Of a stretch of DNA of 64,000 bases, positions 55,901 through 64,000 are shown in pieces. The notes under the pieces are model-generated. The model did not search any database and had not been told where the DNA came from. It saw only the letters and a program-made list of their open reading frames with translations. Both the position numbers and the translations under genes were made by a program. The stretch is from assembly GCF_000142905.1 (NCBI RefSeq), contig NW_013657640.1, positions 61,208 to 125,207 of the forward strand. The letters are read 5' to 3'. This DNA is from Thecamonas trahens ATCC 50062. Its lineage: Eukaryota > Protista > Apusomonadida. Numbering within the stretch: position 1 is the first letter of the stretch; every line of letters starts with the position of its first letter.

Positions 55901-58564
55901 ATTCGCAGCAATGTCGCCGGCGGCAGCGGCGGCGGGCTATACACTTTGAATGCCAGTTGCGAGTTGGTTGGAACGTCGATGGTGGCCAATACCGCCGGTC
56001 CGCTCCAGCTTGGCGGAGGTGCGGCCTTGATCTCGCCGCTCAGCGAGTCGAGCCTGGCCGGGCTGGTGATCGGAGGCAACGACGCCGGTTTTGGTGGTGC
56101 CCTTGCTGTAGTCTCTGCCGAGGTCGAGACTGCTCTCGCAGGCGCGAGGAGCACCCTCGATCTGCCGTGGCTTGATGCAAGCTATGCGACGGCTGCCCTA
56201 GGCAACGCGGTGAAGGTGACCGTTGACGACGTGCAGATGACCGGCAACGTAGGCCGCGCGGCCGGCGGAGGCATGTTTGCTTGCGGCATCGCTGCGGCGA
56301 TCACGGGCAGCAGTAGCAGCTGGAGCAACGCCGAGAGCGACGGCTGGGTGTGCGCTGTTGACAGCCTCGCCGCAACACCGTCGCGGACCGAATCTTCTGC
56401 GCTTCCGTGGCTGCGGATGGACGATGCCGGGTTTGCGGCACTGGCACAGGCGTACATCACCGGATCACTGGCTGAGCTTCGGTGGGCCGAGGCACCGGCG
56501 ACTCTGATTGAGCCCGGGCTTCCAGCCGTCGGCGTTTTGGGTGGCGTTGACTGGCTCGGTAGCGCAATGCGCAACAAGGCAATAACGCCTGTGTGGCAGT
56601 TTGAGGTCCCCGAGTCGGTGATCATGCCAGCCGCAGTGACAGTTCCGCTGGTCGCCGATTTCAACACCGCACCCGAGGTGGTGGCGCAGGTCCGGCTGTC
56701 GCAAGCCGGTAACATTCCAGCCGCTGTGCGATGGCAAGTGGATGCAGGAAGCAGCAGTACGGTGGCTCCGCTGGTGGGTGTGTTCAACATCACAGTATGT
56801 GGTCCCGGATCGGGCGGAGTGGTAGTCCAGCGAGCCGGAGCCGAGCCTGTCGTTGTGTGCGCGCCGTGCGGCGCCGGGCTGCGATCGCCGTCGGAGGGCG
56901 GGCTTGCAGGCTGTGTGCCGCTCGCTGAGTGCCCGATCCACACGCTTCGGGTAGCCGCAACGACCAACAGCACGGCCCGATGCGAGTGCAAGGTTGGGTT
57001 CTGGACCGCAGTTGCCAAGTACGACGTGGCGTGCGAGGCGTGCCCTGTCGGGGCGCTTTGTAGCGGCGGGCTTGGGCAGCCGCAGGCGGCGCCGGGCTTC
57101 TTTCCGGACGCGAGCAATCCCGGCCTATTCATTTCGTGCCCGCAACCCTCGGCGTGCACCGGATCCGGGCAGTGTGCAGCAGGATACACCTCGCGGTTGT
57201 GCGCGCAATGCGCCGATGGGTACTATCGGATGGGCGGCAGTTGCCGCAAGTGTTCGAGCGGAAGAACTGGAGTAGTGGTGCTTCTCCTCCTCATCGGTGC
57301 TGCAGGCGTGACCGCGGTCCTTATCGGGTTCAATCTCGCCGAGGCCATCAACTACAAATTTGCTTCGGTGATGATCGGGCTCAACGCACTGCAGATTTCT
57401 GCGATTTTCGGGCAGCTGCAGCTGGACTGGGGCACGTTTGCAACGACATACTTTGACGTGGCGTCTGCGATGAACGTCGACTTTGCGCTTGCGTCGCCGG
57501 AGTGCTCATCTGCGGGTGGAACCGATGTGTGGGTGCTCAAGCTCTGGCTCACCCTCCTGCTTCCTGTCTTTGCCGCCTGTATGGTGGCTGCGGTCGGCGT
57601 CGGCTACGCTGGGGTAATCAAGGCCAGGCTGACTCCGCTGCGGACGCGGACGATGGCCGCGCTGGTGTCCGCGTGCGGACGAAGCCTCTTCCAGCTTGTG
57701 GTTTTGCTGTATCTGCCGCTCACGGCCGCGGCGTTCTCAGTCTTTGGTTGCTATCGCGACGAATCTGGGCGGTGGGTGCTTGCAGCGGATCCAGCGCGAA
57801 CGTGCTTCACGTCAGCGTGGTGGGGCGGGCTGTTTGTGCCGGGCCTGCTGTTTGTGTGTGTGTATGCGATTGGCATTCCAAGCCTGGTGGTGTACGTGCT
57901 GTACACGCAGCGGCAGCGGCTGGACGAGATCGCATACGTGCTCAAGTTCGGCTTCCTTGTCGGGCGATTCGAGCGTGACAAGTGGTGGTACGAGGCGATG
58001 ATCATGGCGCGCAAGGTCGGGGTTGTGATCTGCATGACATTCTTCTCCACTCAGCCGGGCAAGGCCAACGCGGCAGTGCTCGTGCTTGCAGCGTCGCTTG
58101 CGCATGTCATGCTCAGCTCGCCGTACGGCTGCGCTCTCCACAACCACGCGGCCATGGTGGTGCTCGCAGCCACTACGCTGGTGCTGTACGCGGGCACATT
58201 CCGTGACTTTGCGCTGCGGAGGACCGGGGTGATCATGGGAGTGATTGTGACAATCATAGCCATGGTGACCGGCAGCATACTCGACCTATGGAGGCTGAGG
58301 CTTGAGGAGAAGGAGGCCGACGACGAATTCTACACCGACGGCGTCTTCCGCATGGATCAGGGTGAGACGGAGAGCCCGACGTCGTCGGCAGTGACCATGA
58401 CTTCGGTCGATTTAGGCATCGCGGGAAACGGCAAGATACACACCGCTCAAGTCGGCACCGAGTTTGGTGTTGACAGCATCGGCAGCCTCGCAACAGCCGT
58501 GGATTCGGCTGCGATGGCTTCGGCAGCGGACGGCCTGGCATCGGCAGATCTGACGTCGGTGTGA
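52991..58564 (+). CDS. Large cell-surface protein: FG-GAP/VCBS repeats, Pmp-like beta-helix, Cys-rich repeats, multi-pass TM C-terminus
   Basis: Signal peptide; many DxDGDGDxD motifs; GGAI/GGGL repeats; CxxCPxGxxC...CAxGYxxRLCxxCxxGYY; several hydrophobic helices with FGFLVGRF...WWYEAMIMARK. Confidence 0.88.
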   Translation: MGWVMAMCWVLGALLAVVVAAEVGIPDACLAADGIYPRHTILDSASGGADLVLYVDVDSNGRDDVVVAMASAGMLVVYAPAKTVVDVGVTGVAAMAVADVDADADVDIVLALAAELRWYANNGDGSFAPSALVSSAVAGADSIAIADLDGDGRPDLAAAASGPGSVVWLRATGPLGIFAAPATVATFQLGVRALAAVDADGDGDVDLAAAVVGSNAVVWFDNADSSFTPRTVAGGLVGLAPALATGDINNDGRPDFVAAHAGRVVWIASRSTSGWLAPAAMVTGTPGVVSLAVHDVNLDGFHDVVFASDARAAWVPTAADGGWLGPQQNVTDSLTAIRALAVSSAGGAETGTRMAVATGNTVDAVVEYVPRAANASLRRLETVHSNSGYLSDLTTADLNGDSYLDLISAVAGGGVVWYPNLAGTFGAQIQIAGTVDRSRRVRVGDMDGDGDLDLVVTSSGSDFSPGKVAWFENLDGKGSFPIESIVLSGVLTSPQALDLGDIDGDGDLDIGVTSLKDEYNSASEQVAWIENRLREPQADFAPPVIIEDPVDSANNLVLADLDGDGTVDMAVACTAAASGTRMYLNTNGDGSAWSFVQLAPAYGYSVAIFVADMNRDSLVDLVLRASDLIWLENGGSGNFSTIHTISLAPPSSVNLVDYDHDGDLDVLGDVRFDDFGWYENLNGLGSVWSAKQILYSSSLTLDTALTFDVDFDGDWDIVIVESDVGADLNMLRGDVRSALTPLATTTDMREMARLSSICRTVPLTMACVHHQASMAMSACAASTLVLPVGVYTGCRKDSHVTISGLFLTMAASGEAGAVTFDCNAAGGVLYTVSDGGALTLNGMNIYDTTTGSIGAQSSPGLRVVGSRSMLKLKDAQMVRCAAGLQLDSREVTDAGRGGAIVVADGALLVAENVRFTQSSAANAGGAIFARDAGTRVSLLATTIELSSAGSNGGGVAVVDGARIEADAASVIRSNVAGGSGGGLYTLNASCELVGTSMVANTAGPLQLGGGAALISPLSESSLAGLVIGGNDAGFGGALAVVSAEVETALAGARSTLDLPWLDASYATAALGNAVKVTVDDVQMTGNVGRAAGGGMFACGIAAAITGSSSSWSNAESDGWVCAVDSLAATPSRTESSALPWLRMDDAGFAALAQAYITGSLAELRWAEAPATLIEPGLPAVGVLGGVDWLGSAMRNKAITPVWQFEVPESVIMPAAVTVPLVADFNTAPEVVAQVRLSQAGNIPAAVRWQVDAGSSSTVAPLVGVFNITVCGPGSGGVVVQRAGAEPVVVCAPCGAGLRSPSEGGLAGCVPLAECPIHTLRVAATTNSTARCECKVGFWTAVAKYDVACEACPVGALCSGGLGQPQAAPGFFPDASNPGLFISCPQPSACTGSGQCAAGYTSRLCAQCADGYYRMGGSCRKCSSGRTGVVVLLLLIGAAGVTAVLIGFNLAEAINYKFASVMIGLNALQISAIFGQLQLDWGTFATTYFDVASAMNVDFALASPECSSAGGTDVWVLKLWLTLLLPVFAACMVAAVGVGYAGVIKARLTPLRTRTMAALVSACGRSLFQLVVLLYLPLTAAAFSVFGCYRDESGRWVLAADPARTCFTSAWWGGLFVPGLLFVCVYAIGIPSLVVYVLYTQRQRLDEIAYVLKFGFLVGRFERDKWWYEAMIMARKVGVVICMTFFSTQPGKANAAVLVLAASLAHVMLSSPYGCALHNHAAMVVLAATTLVLYAGTFRDFALRRTGVIMGVIVTIIAMVTGSILDLWRLRLEEKEADDEFYTDGVFRMDQGETESPTSSAVTMTSVDLGIAGNGKIHTAQVGTEFGVDSIGSLATAVDSAAMASAADGLASADLTSV

Positions 58565-58584
58565 GTGCAACCTCGTTCGCTGGT

Positions 58585-59667
58585 TCACCCGGGGGTAAAG
58601 CGGAACATATTGAGGACGAGATGGGTGCCTGGGAGGACCGAGGAGAGCAGTGGGGCGATGGAAGCGGAAGGCGAGAGTGCCGAGTGCGGAAGACCGCCAG
58701 TATGGGCCAGATCCGGGTCGGCCGACGACGACGAGACAACAAAGTGCTTTTCCGGGTCGGCCGACGAGACACTGCCGCCGGTGCACCCGGTGTCGACGGT
58801 GACAGGCTTGATCTGAAAGAGGCGCGGACCGGGGCGCGAGCACGAGGCAGGCGGTGCACCATCGCGGAGGCGAGCAAGCGCCGCACCGAAAACATCATGC
58901 AGGGCATCAACGCATGGTGCAGCATGAGCGGCGACCATCAGCGGTGCCAGCTCGATCACAAGAACCTCGTCGACGACGCCCGGGCCGCCCTGGGAACGAT
59001 CGGCTGCGTCGCACTCTTCGACAGTATCCCATAGCAGGCCCGGAATGTCGGCAAAGACCACGATGCGGACCTGCGCAAGACGAGCAGAGAGCATCCAGGG
59101 AACGAGTGCGCTGGTCAGCTCGTCGATGTAGGTGCAGAGCTCAGAGTAGCGCGAGACGACGGTGTGGACGTCGTACATGGTGGTGGGCGTGAACGAGTGG
59201 CGTGGATAGACGGCGCGATGATGCAGAAAGGCATGCGTCGCCACGGCGACAAACTGAGCCACGGTCTGAGCAACCTGATCGAGCGCCAAGCCCGGGCCAC
59301 TCACCTCACCCTCGGCCAACCCCTCTCGAGTCTGCCATGGCTGCGATGTCGGCGATGTCGGCGATGTCGGCGATGCGGGCGGCGAGGGAGCAGTCGACTG
59401 CGAATCGATGGAGATGACCGATGGCACCGAGCGCAGCTTGGGCGGTGGGTGAGCAGATGCCGTGGCCGTGCCCGCAGCAGTGCCCGTAGCCGTGGCTGGG
59501 GCCCTGGCCCTGGCCCTGGCCCTGGCCCTGGAGGTGGTAGCGGTGGCGGTGGCGGTGGCAGAGGGTGGCGGCGGCGTGGGCGAGCGTGACGAGGACGAGT
59601 CGATGAAGAGGACCATGGGCGCAGGGGACGACGGTCGTCCGTCCCGGGGCGAGGGCGGGGAGGCCAT
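58585..59667 (-). CDS. MAD2L2: HORMA-domain protein REV7/MAD2L2 (DNA polymerase zeta subunit)
   Basis: FVAVATHAFLHHRAVYPRHSF...MYDVHTVVSRYSELCTYI matches the REV7 N-terminal HORMA pattern. Low-complexity N-terminal extension. Confidence 0.78.
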   Translation of the reverse strand: MASPPSPRDGRPSSPAPMVLFIDSSSSRSPTPPPPSATATATATTSRARARARARAPATATGTAAGTATASAHPPPKLRSVPSVISIDSQSTAPSPPASPTSPTSPTSQPWQTREGLAEGEVSGPGLALDQVAQTVAQFVAVATHAFLHHRAVYPRHSFTPTTMYDVHTVVSRYSELCTYIDELTSALVPWMLSARLAQVRIVVFADIPGLLWDTVEECDAADRSQGGPGVVDEVLVIELAPLMVAAHAAPCVDALHDVFGAALARLRDGAPPASCSRPGPRLFQIKPVTVDTGCTGGSVSSADPEKHFVVSSSSADPDLAHTGGLPHSALSPSASIAPLLSSVLPGTHLVLNMFRFTPG

Positions 59668-59947
59668 GTGGCCCGCAAGGGGAGTGGGGTGCGGTGGGGG
59701 GTGGGGGGTGGGGGTGGGGGGGTGGGCTGGGCTGGGCTGGGGGGCTGGGCTGGGGCCACTGGGGAGCCACTGGCTGGCATGGTCGGTGGAGAAGCATGGC
59801 TGGCTGCATGGACTGTGATATGGTGGTGGCGATGATGGTGGTCGAGATGGTGGTCGTCGTCGTGATGGCGACCGTGGTGATGGGGTATCCTCTTCATGAC
59901 GAGCACGATGATGGTGATGATGATATGATTGTCATCATCATGGTTAA

Positions 59948-60267
59948 AGGTCATCGTCATCATCACGGTCATCGTCATCATCACGGTCATCGTCATCATC
60001 ACGGTCATCGTCATCATTGCCACCACTACCACCACCATCACCACCACCATCACCATCACCACCACCATCACCATCACCACCACCATCACCACCACCATCA
60101 CCACCACCATCACCACCACCATCACCACCAACACCACCACCATCACCACCACCATCACCACCACCATCACCAACACCACCATCACCACCACCATCACCAC
60201 CACCATCACCATCACCATCACCACCAACACCACCACCATCACCACCACCATCACCATCACCATCACC
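59948..60267. repeat. (CAC/CAT)n microsatellite and 18-bp repeats in a divergent intergenic region
   Basis: Seen directly; produces spurious poly-His/Thr/Pro ORFs. Confidence 0.9.
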
Positions 60268-60432
60268 TTCTCAAACAAACAGATCAACAGACAGTTCGTG
60301 TCGCACAGACAGCCGGCCGTGTTGGGTCACGGGCACGTCACCGACACACCGGAGAGGGGGGGAGGGGGGGGGGGGGGGGGGGGCACGCGGGTGGCGACAC
60401 ACCGCACTTGGTACCAGGACATAGATTCGACG

Positions 60433-62049
60433 ATGGGACGGCGCAAGGGCAGGCGCGGGAGAGCGGAGCGGAGCGCGGACCAGGACGGGAGCAGGAGCAG
60501 GAGCGGAGACGGTGCCGGGGAGGCCAGCGGGAGAGCCGGGAAGGGCAGAACGAGCGGCAAGGGTGGGAAGGGCCGGACGAGCGGGAAGGGCAAGGGTCGG
60601 CGGGGCGGCGGAGGCGGCGGAGGGGGTAAGGGCAAGGGCAAGGGCCGGCGGGCGCGTGGGCCGGGCAAGGGTGGAGCCGATGGCGCAGGAGGTGGCGCTA
60701 GCGGGCAGCGCAAGGCGGTGCCATTTGGGGTGACCCGGACGGCGGCGACGCGCAAGGAGGCGGGCGTGGCGGGCGAGGAGTTTTATGCCGACAGTAACGC
60801 GCTGCTGAGCGAGGACCATTTGCGGGAGGCGCTGCGGATGCGGTTTGATCCGGATGCATGGCGTGCGGCGGCTGAGGCCACGGCCGGATCGGGCCCGCAG
60901 TACGGGCGGGCGCTGCGCAAGATGGTTCAGATCGGGACGCTTGGCACGCTCCTCCGCGGATGGTACACACTGCCAGACGGAGACGTGGTGCATCTTGCCC
61001 GTAAGCGGCTTGACAAGGCTGCGCGCGGCACGGTGTGTGTCGACTACGAGGCCGAGGCCGCTGCGGACCCGGCGTCATTGCGTGGCTCACTGCTGGCCGA
61101 AGTCGACGAGTGGTTCGGGCGTGACGTGAAGCCCGGTGAGGTCCCGCTGCAGACACAGGTGTGTCTCATCCAAGGGGATGTGCTCGAGACTGCTCTGGCG
61201 CTGCAGCGCGCAGTCGGCGCGTCGGCGCGCAACGTCTGTGTCCTCGTTAACGGCTCGTACAACATGCCAGGCGGCGGCTGGAAGAAGGGCGCTGCGGCAC
61301 TAGAAGAGAATCTGCACCGGCGGACGTCGATTGTCGAGGCGCTGGAAGACCCTTACTCTGTTGTTTCGGGCGCGCAGTGGAGATATCCGCTGCCGCAGGT
61401 CGGCGGGCTCGCTATTCCGGCGGCGTGCGTCTTTCGCGGCTCGGAGCCATCAGGCTACCCTTTCCTGGAGCGCCCGGCGTTTGTGTCGATGGTAGTTGGC
61501 TGGGCATTCAAAGCCCCACCGATCGAAGGCACGGGTCCGTCCGCACGTCTGGGCAAGAAGGAGCGCCGACTGACTCTTGCCAAGATTGCGTCGTGGCTCG
61601 ACATGGCGGTCGAGGTCTCGGGCAACTCGCCGCGGCCGAGGATCTTTGTGGCCTCGCCCATCGGGTGCGGCGTGTACGCCAACCCGCCGCACGACATCGC
61701 CCGCCTTTTCTCCGCAGCCCTCGCCCTCCCACGCTTTGCGGGTGTCTTTGACATTGTTGCTTTCTCCATCCTCGACCCGACCGGACCCGAGACCTACGAC
61801 GCCTTTGCCGATGCCCTCGCTCCGATCCTCACCCTCCGCGCCGATAGCGGACTCACGCCTGCCCTCCTTGACCTCGTCAAGCCACCAGCGGACGCCGGGC
61901 CGTCGTCGACTGATGCTCGAGACGGGGCCGAGAACGAGGATGGGATGTGCCATGTTGACAACGCTAGCAACGACGGCGCCAACGCCGAATCATCCGGCGA
62001 CGAAGGAGAAGAATCATCTAACGGCGACGGAGACGAATCATCCACCTAG
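60433..62049 (+). CDS. Microbial-type poly(ADP-ribose) glycohydrolase (TIGR02452/DUF2263 macrodomain) with a Gly/Lys/Arg-rich N-terminus
   Basis: PGGGWKKGAAALEENLHRRT, VFRGSEPSGYPFL and GCGVYANPP motifs. Confidence 0.82.
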   Translation: MGRRKGRRGRAERSADQDGSRSRSGDGAGEASGRAGKGRTSGKGGKGRTSGKGKGRRGGGGGGGGKGKGKGRRARGPGKGGADGAGGGASGQRKAVPFGVTRTAATRKEAGVAGEEFYADSNALLSEDHLREALRMRFDPDAWRAAAEATAGSGPQYGRALRKMVQIGTLGTLLRGWYTLPDGDVVHLARKRLDKAARGTVCVDYEAEAAADPASLRGSLLAEVDEWFGRDVKPGEVPLQTQVCLIQGDVLETALALQRAVGASARNVCVLVNGSYNMPGGGWKKGAAALEENLHRRTSIVEALEDPYSVVSGAQWRYPLPQVGGLAIPAACVFRGSEPSGYPFLERPAFVSMVVGWAFKAPPIEGTGPSARLGKKERRLTLAKIASWLDMAVEVSGNSPRPRIFVASPIGCGVYANPPHDIARLFSAALALPRFAGVFDIVAFSILDPTGPETYDAFADALAPILTLRADSGLTPALLDLVKPPADAGPSSTDARDGAENEDGMCHVDNASNDGANAESSGDEGEESSNGDGDESST

Positions 62050-62324
62050 CCGCATCCACAAACTGACCACCACCAACCAACTTCCACGACCTGACCATCA
62101 TCAACTTAAACTCGTCTACCTGAGACCTTGCATACCATCATCAACACGCCGACCAACCAGTCGTCGACCCGCCAGCTGCCGACCAGAGCCACCGACTGAC
62201 AAACCGACGAACAAACATACAATCATCACGTGCTTCCCTCCCGCCCCCCCCCCCCCCACCCCACCCCCCACCCCCACCCCTCCCCCACCCCGGGACCCCA
62301 CTCATCTCCCACTCACCCTCAGCC

Positions 62325-63707
62325 ATGACGCCGAGTACGACCATGCTTGCTATGGTGTGCGTGGCACTGTGTGCGGCAGCGGTGGCGCAGGGCAACACGT
62401 CGCCGTCGACGTTCCAGCAGAAGACGGACCACTTTGACAACAGCAACACGGCGACCTTCAGCCAGCGGTACACGGTGAACGCGACGCACTACCGCAAGGG
62501 CGGGCCCATCTTCTTCTTCCTCTCGGGTGAGGCACCCATGGAGGCTTTTGAGTTCCAGGAGGTCCAGGCTCAGCTCTGGGCTGCCCAGCGCGGAGGCATG
62601 TTTGTGGTCCTCGAGCACCGCTTCTACGGCCAGTCCATGCCAGCGCCCGACTTTGCCACCCCCGGCCTCTCGCTGCTCTCCTCCGAGCAGGCGCTGGCCG
62701 ATGCCGCTGCCTTTGCTGTCTGGTTCAACGCCGATCTGGAGGCCCGCGGCATGGCTCCGGGCCCCTGGGTCGTTGTCGGCTGCTCGTACTCGGCCGGCCT
62801 CGCCGCCTGGTTCCGCACCCGCCATCCTTACCTTGTTGTCGGCGCCGTCTGCCCCTCGGGCCCGGTCCAGGCCACCCTCGACCAGTCGGACTTTCTGGCC
62901 TGGTTCGAGCACGCTGCTCCCGCTCCGTGCGTGGCTGCCGCCAAGGCTGGATCCGCCGCCATCGAGGCCGAGCTTGCCCGAGGCCAGCCCGGCCTCGCGG
63001 CGCTCTCGACTGCTTTCAACACCTGCGAGCCGCTCACCGACGACGACGTCTTTTGGTTCCTGTGGAACGTGGCTCTGGCTGTCGGCACCGCCGACCAGTT
63101 CTCCAACTCGGTCCCGGAAAACACCCTGACTGAGGCGTGCGACATCCTCGCCGCCGAGTCAGACCCGATTGCTGCCTTTGCCAAGATTGTGGCCACCTCG
63201 GAGAACATCTACACTGCGCGTCCCGGTGGCAACTCGTGTGTCCACCTTTCGCAGTCGTACTTTATTGCAGACATGGCCCGTCCCGACAACCCCAACCGCT
63301 CGTGGTGGTGGCAGAAGTGCACCGAGTTTGGCTACTTTAAGACCTCAGTCAACGGCTCGTCTATTTTCTTCCCCTCGTACTCGCTCGGCCTCGACCGCAT
63401 CGTCCCGCTCTGCGAGGCCATCTACGGCATCGACGGCCTCGCTCCGCAGATCGAGTGGACCAACGCCAACTACGGCGGCAAGAACCTCGTCGCCGACAAC
63501 GTCGTCTTTACCAACGGCCTCCTTGACCCGTGGCATCTCCTTTCCATCTCCTCCGACCTTCCGGCCCCTTCCAAGGTCAAGGCTGTGACCTACGAGGCCG
63601 GCCACTGCGCCACGCTCAACGCTGCATCGCCCGACGATCCGCCGTCGCTCCTCGCTGCGCGCAAGTTTGTCGAGGCCCAGCTCGACGCCTGGCTGGCAAC
63701 CCATTAG
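62325..63707 (+). CDS. Serine peptidase family S28 (PRCP/TSSP-like), secreted or lysosomal
   Basis: Signal peptide; FQQKTDHF; LEHRFYGQS; LSSEQALADA; GCSYSAG; WWWQKCTEFGYF; NGLLDPWH; GHC. Confidence 0.93.
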   Translation: MTPSTTMLAMVCVALCAAAVAQGNTSPSTFQQKTDHFDNSNTATFSQRYTVNATHYRKGGPIFFFLSGEAPMEAFEFQEVQAQLWAAQRGGMFVVLEHRFYGQSMPAPDFATPGLSLLSSEQALADAAAFAVWFNADLEARGMAPGPWVVVGCSYSAGLAAWFRTRHPYLVVGAVCPSGPVQATLDQSDFLAWFEHAAPAPCVAAAKAGSAAIEAELARGQPGLAALSTAFNTCEPLTDDDVFWFLWNVALAVGTADQFSNSVPENTLTEACDILAAESDPIAAFAKIVATSENIYTARPGGNSCVHLSQSYFIADMARPDNPNRSWWWQKCTEFGYFKTSVNGSSIFFPSYSLGLDRIVPLCEAIYGIDGLAPQIEWTNANYGGKNLVADNVVFTNGLLDPWHLLSISSDLPAPSKVKAVTYEAGHCATLNAASPDDPPSLLAARKFVEAQLDAWLATH

Positions 63708-64000
63708 TGCGACAGATCCACCATTGAACAGGTACCTCCTCCTCATGCACAGCTCGAGCTACTCATTCGCGCACTCGGTTTCCCTGCTGGAATCGACCAC
63801 GCCGATGCCGGCCTGGAATGGACATGGCCAATGACGTCGATCCGCCGCCACAGTGCTCCATTTTCTATGTGTAAACAAACACAAGCATACTACTTCCTCT
63901 GCTTACTCCCATTGCAGAGCAGGGCTGATCGCTCCAGCTCGGGGGCGGGGATGCGGTAGATCGACATTTTGTCCGTGATCAATCATGCTCGAGACGGAGG

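Noticed and set aside
59694-60432. Poly-His, poly-Thr/Ile and extensin-like ORFs
   Set aside because: Translations of a CAC/CAT microsatellite between divergent genes.
1-64000. Global stop-codon reassignment as an explanation for the in-frame TGA and TAG codons
   Set aside because: TGA, TAG and TAA all terminate conserved genes at the expected positions in this window, so the GPx TGA is best read as Sec.

Overview
GC-rich, gene-dense, intron-poor nuclear DNA from a unicellular eukaryote. The gene style resembles an apusomonad such as Thecamonas, but this is an inference and was not verified. The window holds about 26 protein-coding loci, four N-gaps and many microsatellite or low-complexity tracts. 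No rRNA, tRNA, CRISPR array or clear transposon was seen. Introns were resolved by hand from GTACGT/GTATGT donors, (T)ACTCAC/CTAAC branch motifs and YAG acceptors. Main observations: (1) a tandem pair of DEP-DEP-glutathione peroxidase fusion genes; one copy has an in-frame TGA at the GPx catalytic position plus a candidate 3' SECIS (a predicted selenoprotein), the other has lost the catalytic residues; (2) an RBX1 gene whose zinc-ligand Cys codon can only be assembled through consecutive 2-nt and 5-nt micro-exons; (3) very long AG-free intron zones, including one 533-nt intron with no internal AG; (4) a tandem pair of single-pass receptors joining an IPT domain and disintegrin-like repeats to an apparently intact cytoplasmic RasGAP; (5) seven frameshifts, all in the -1 direction, most likely assembly under-calls.
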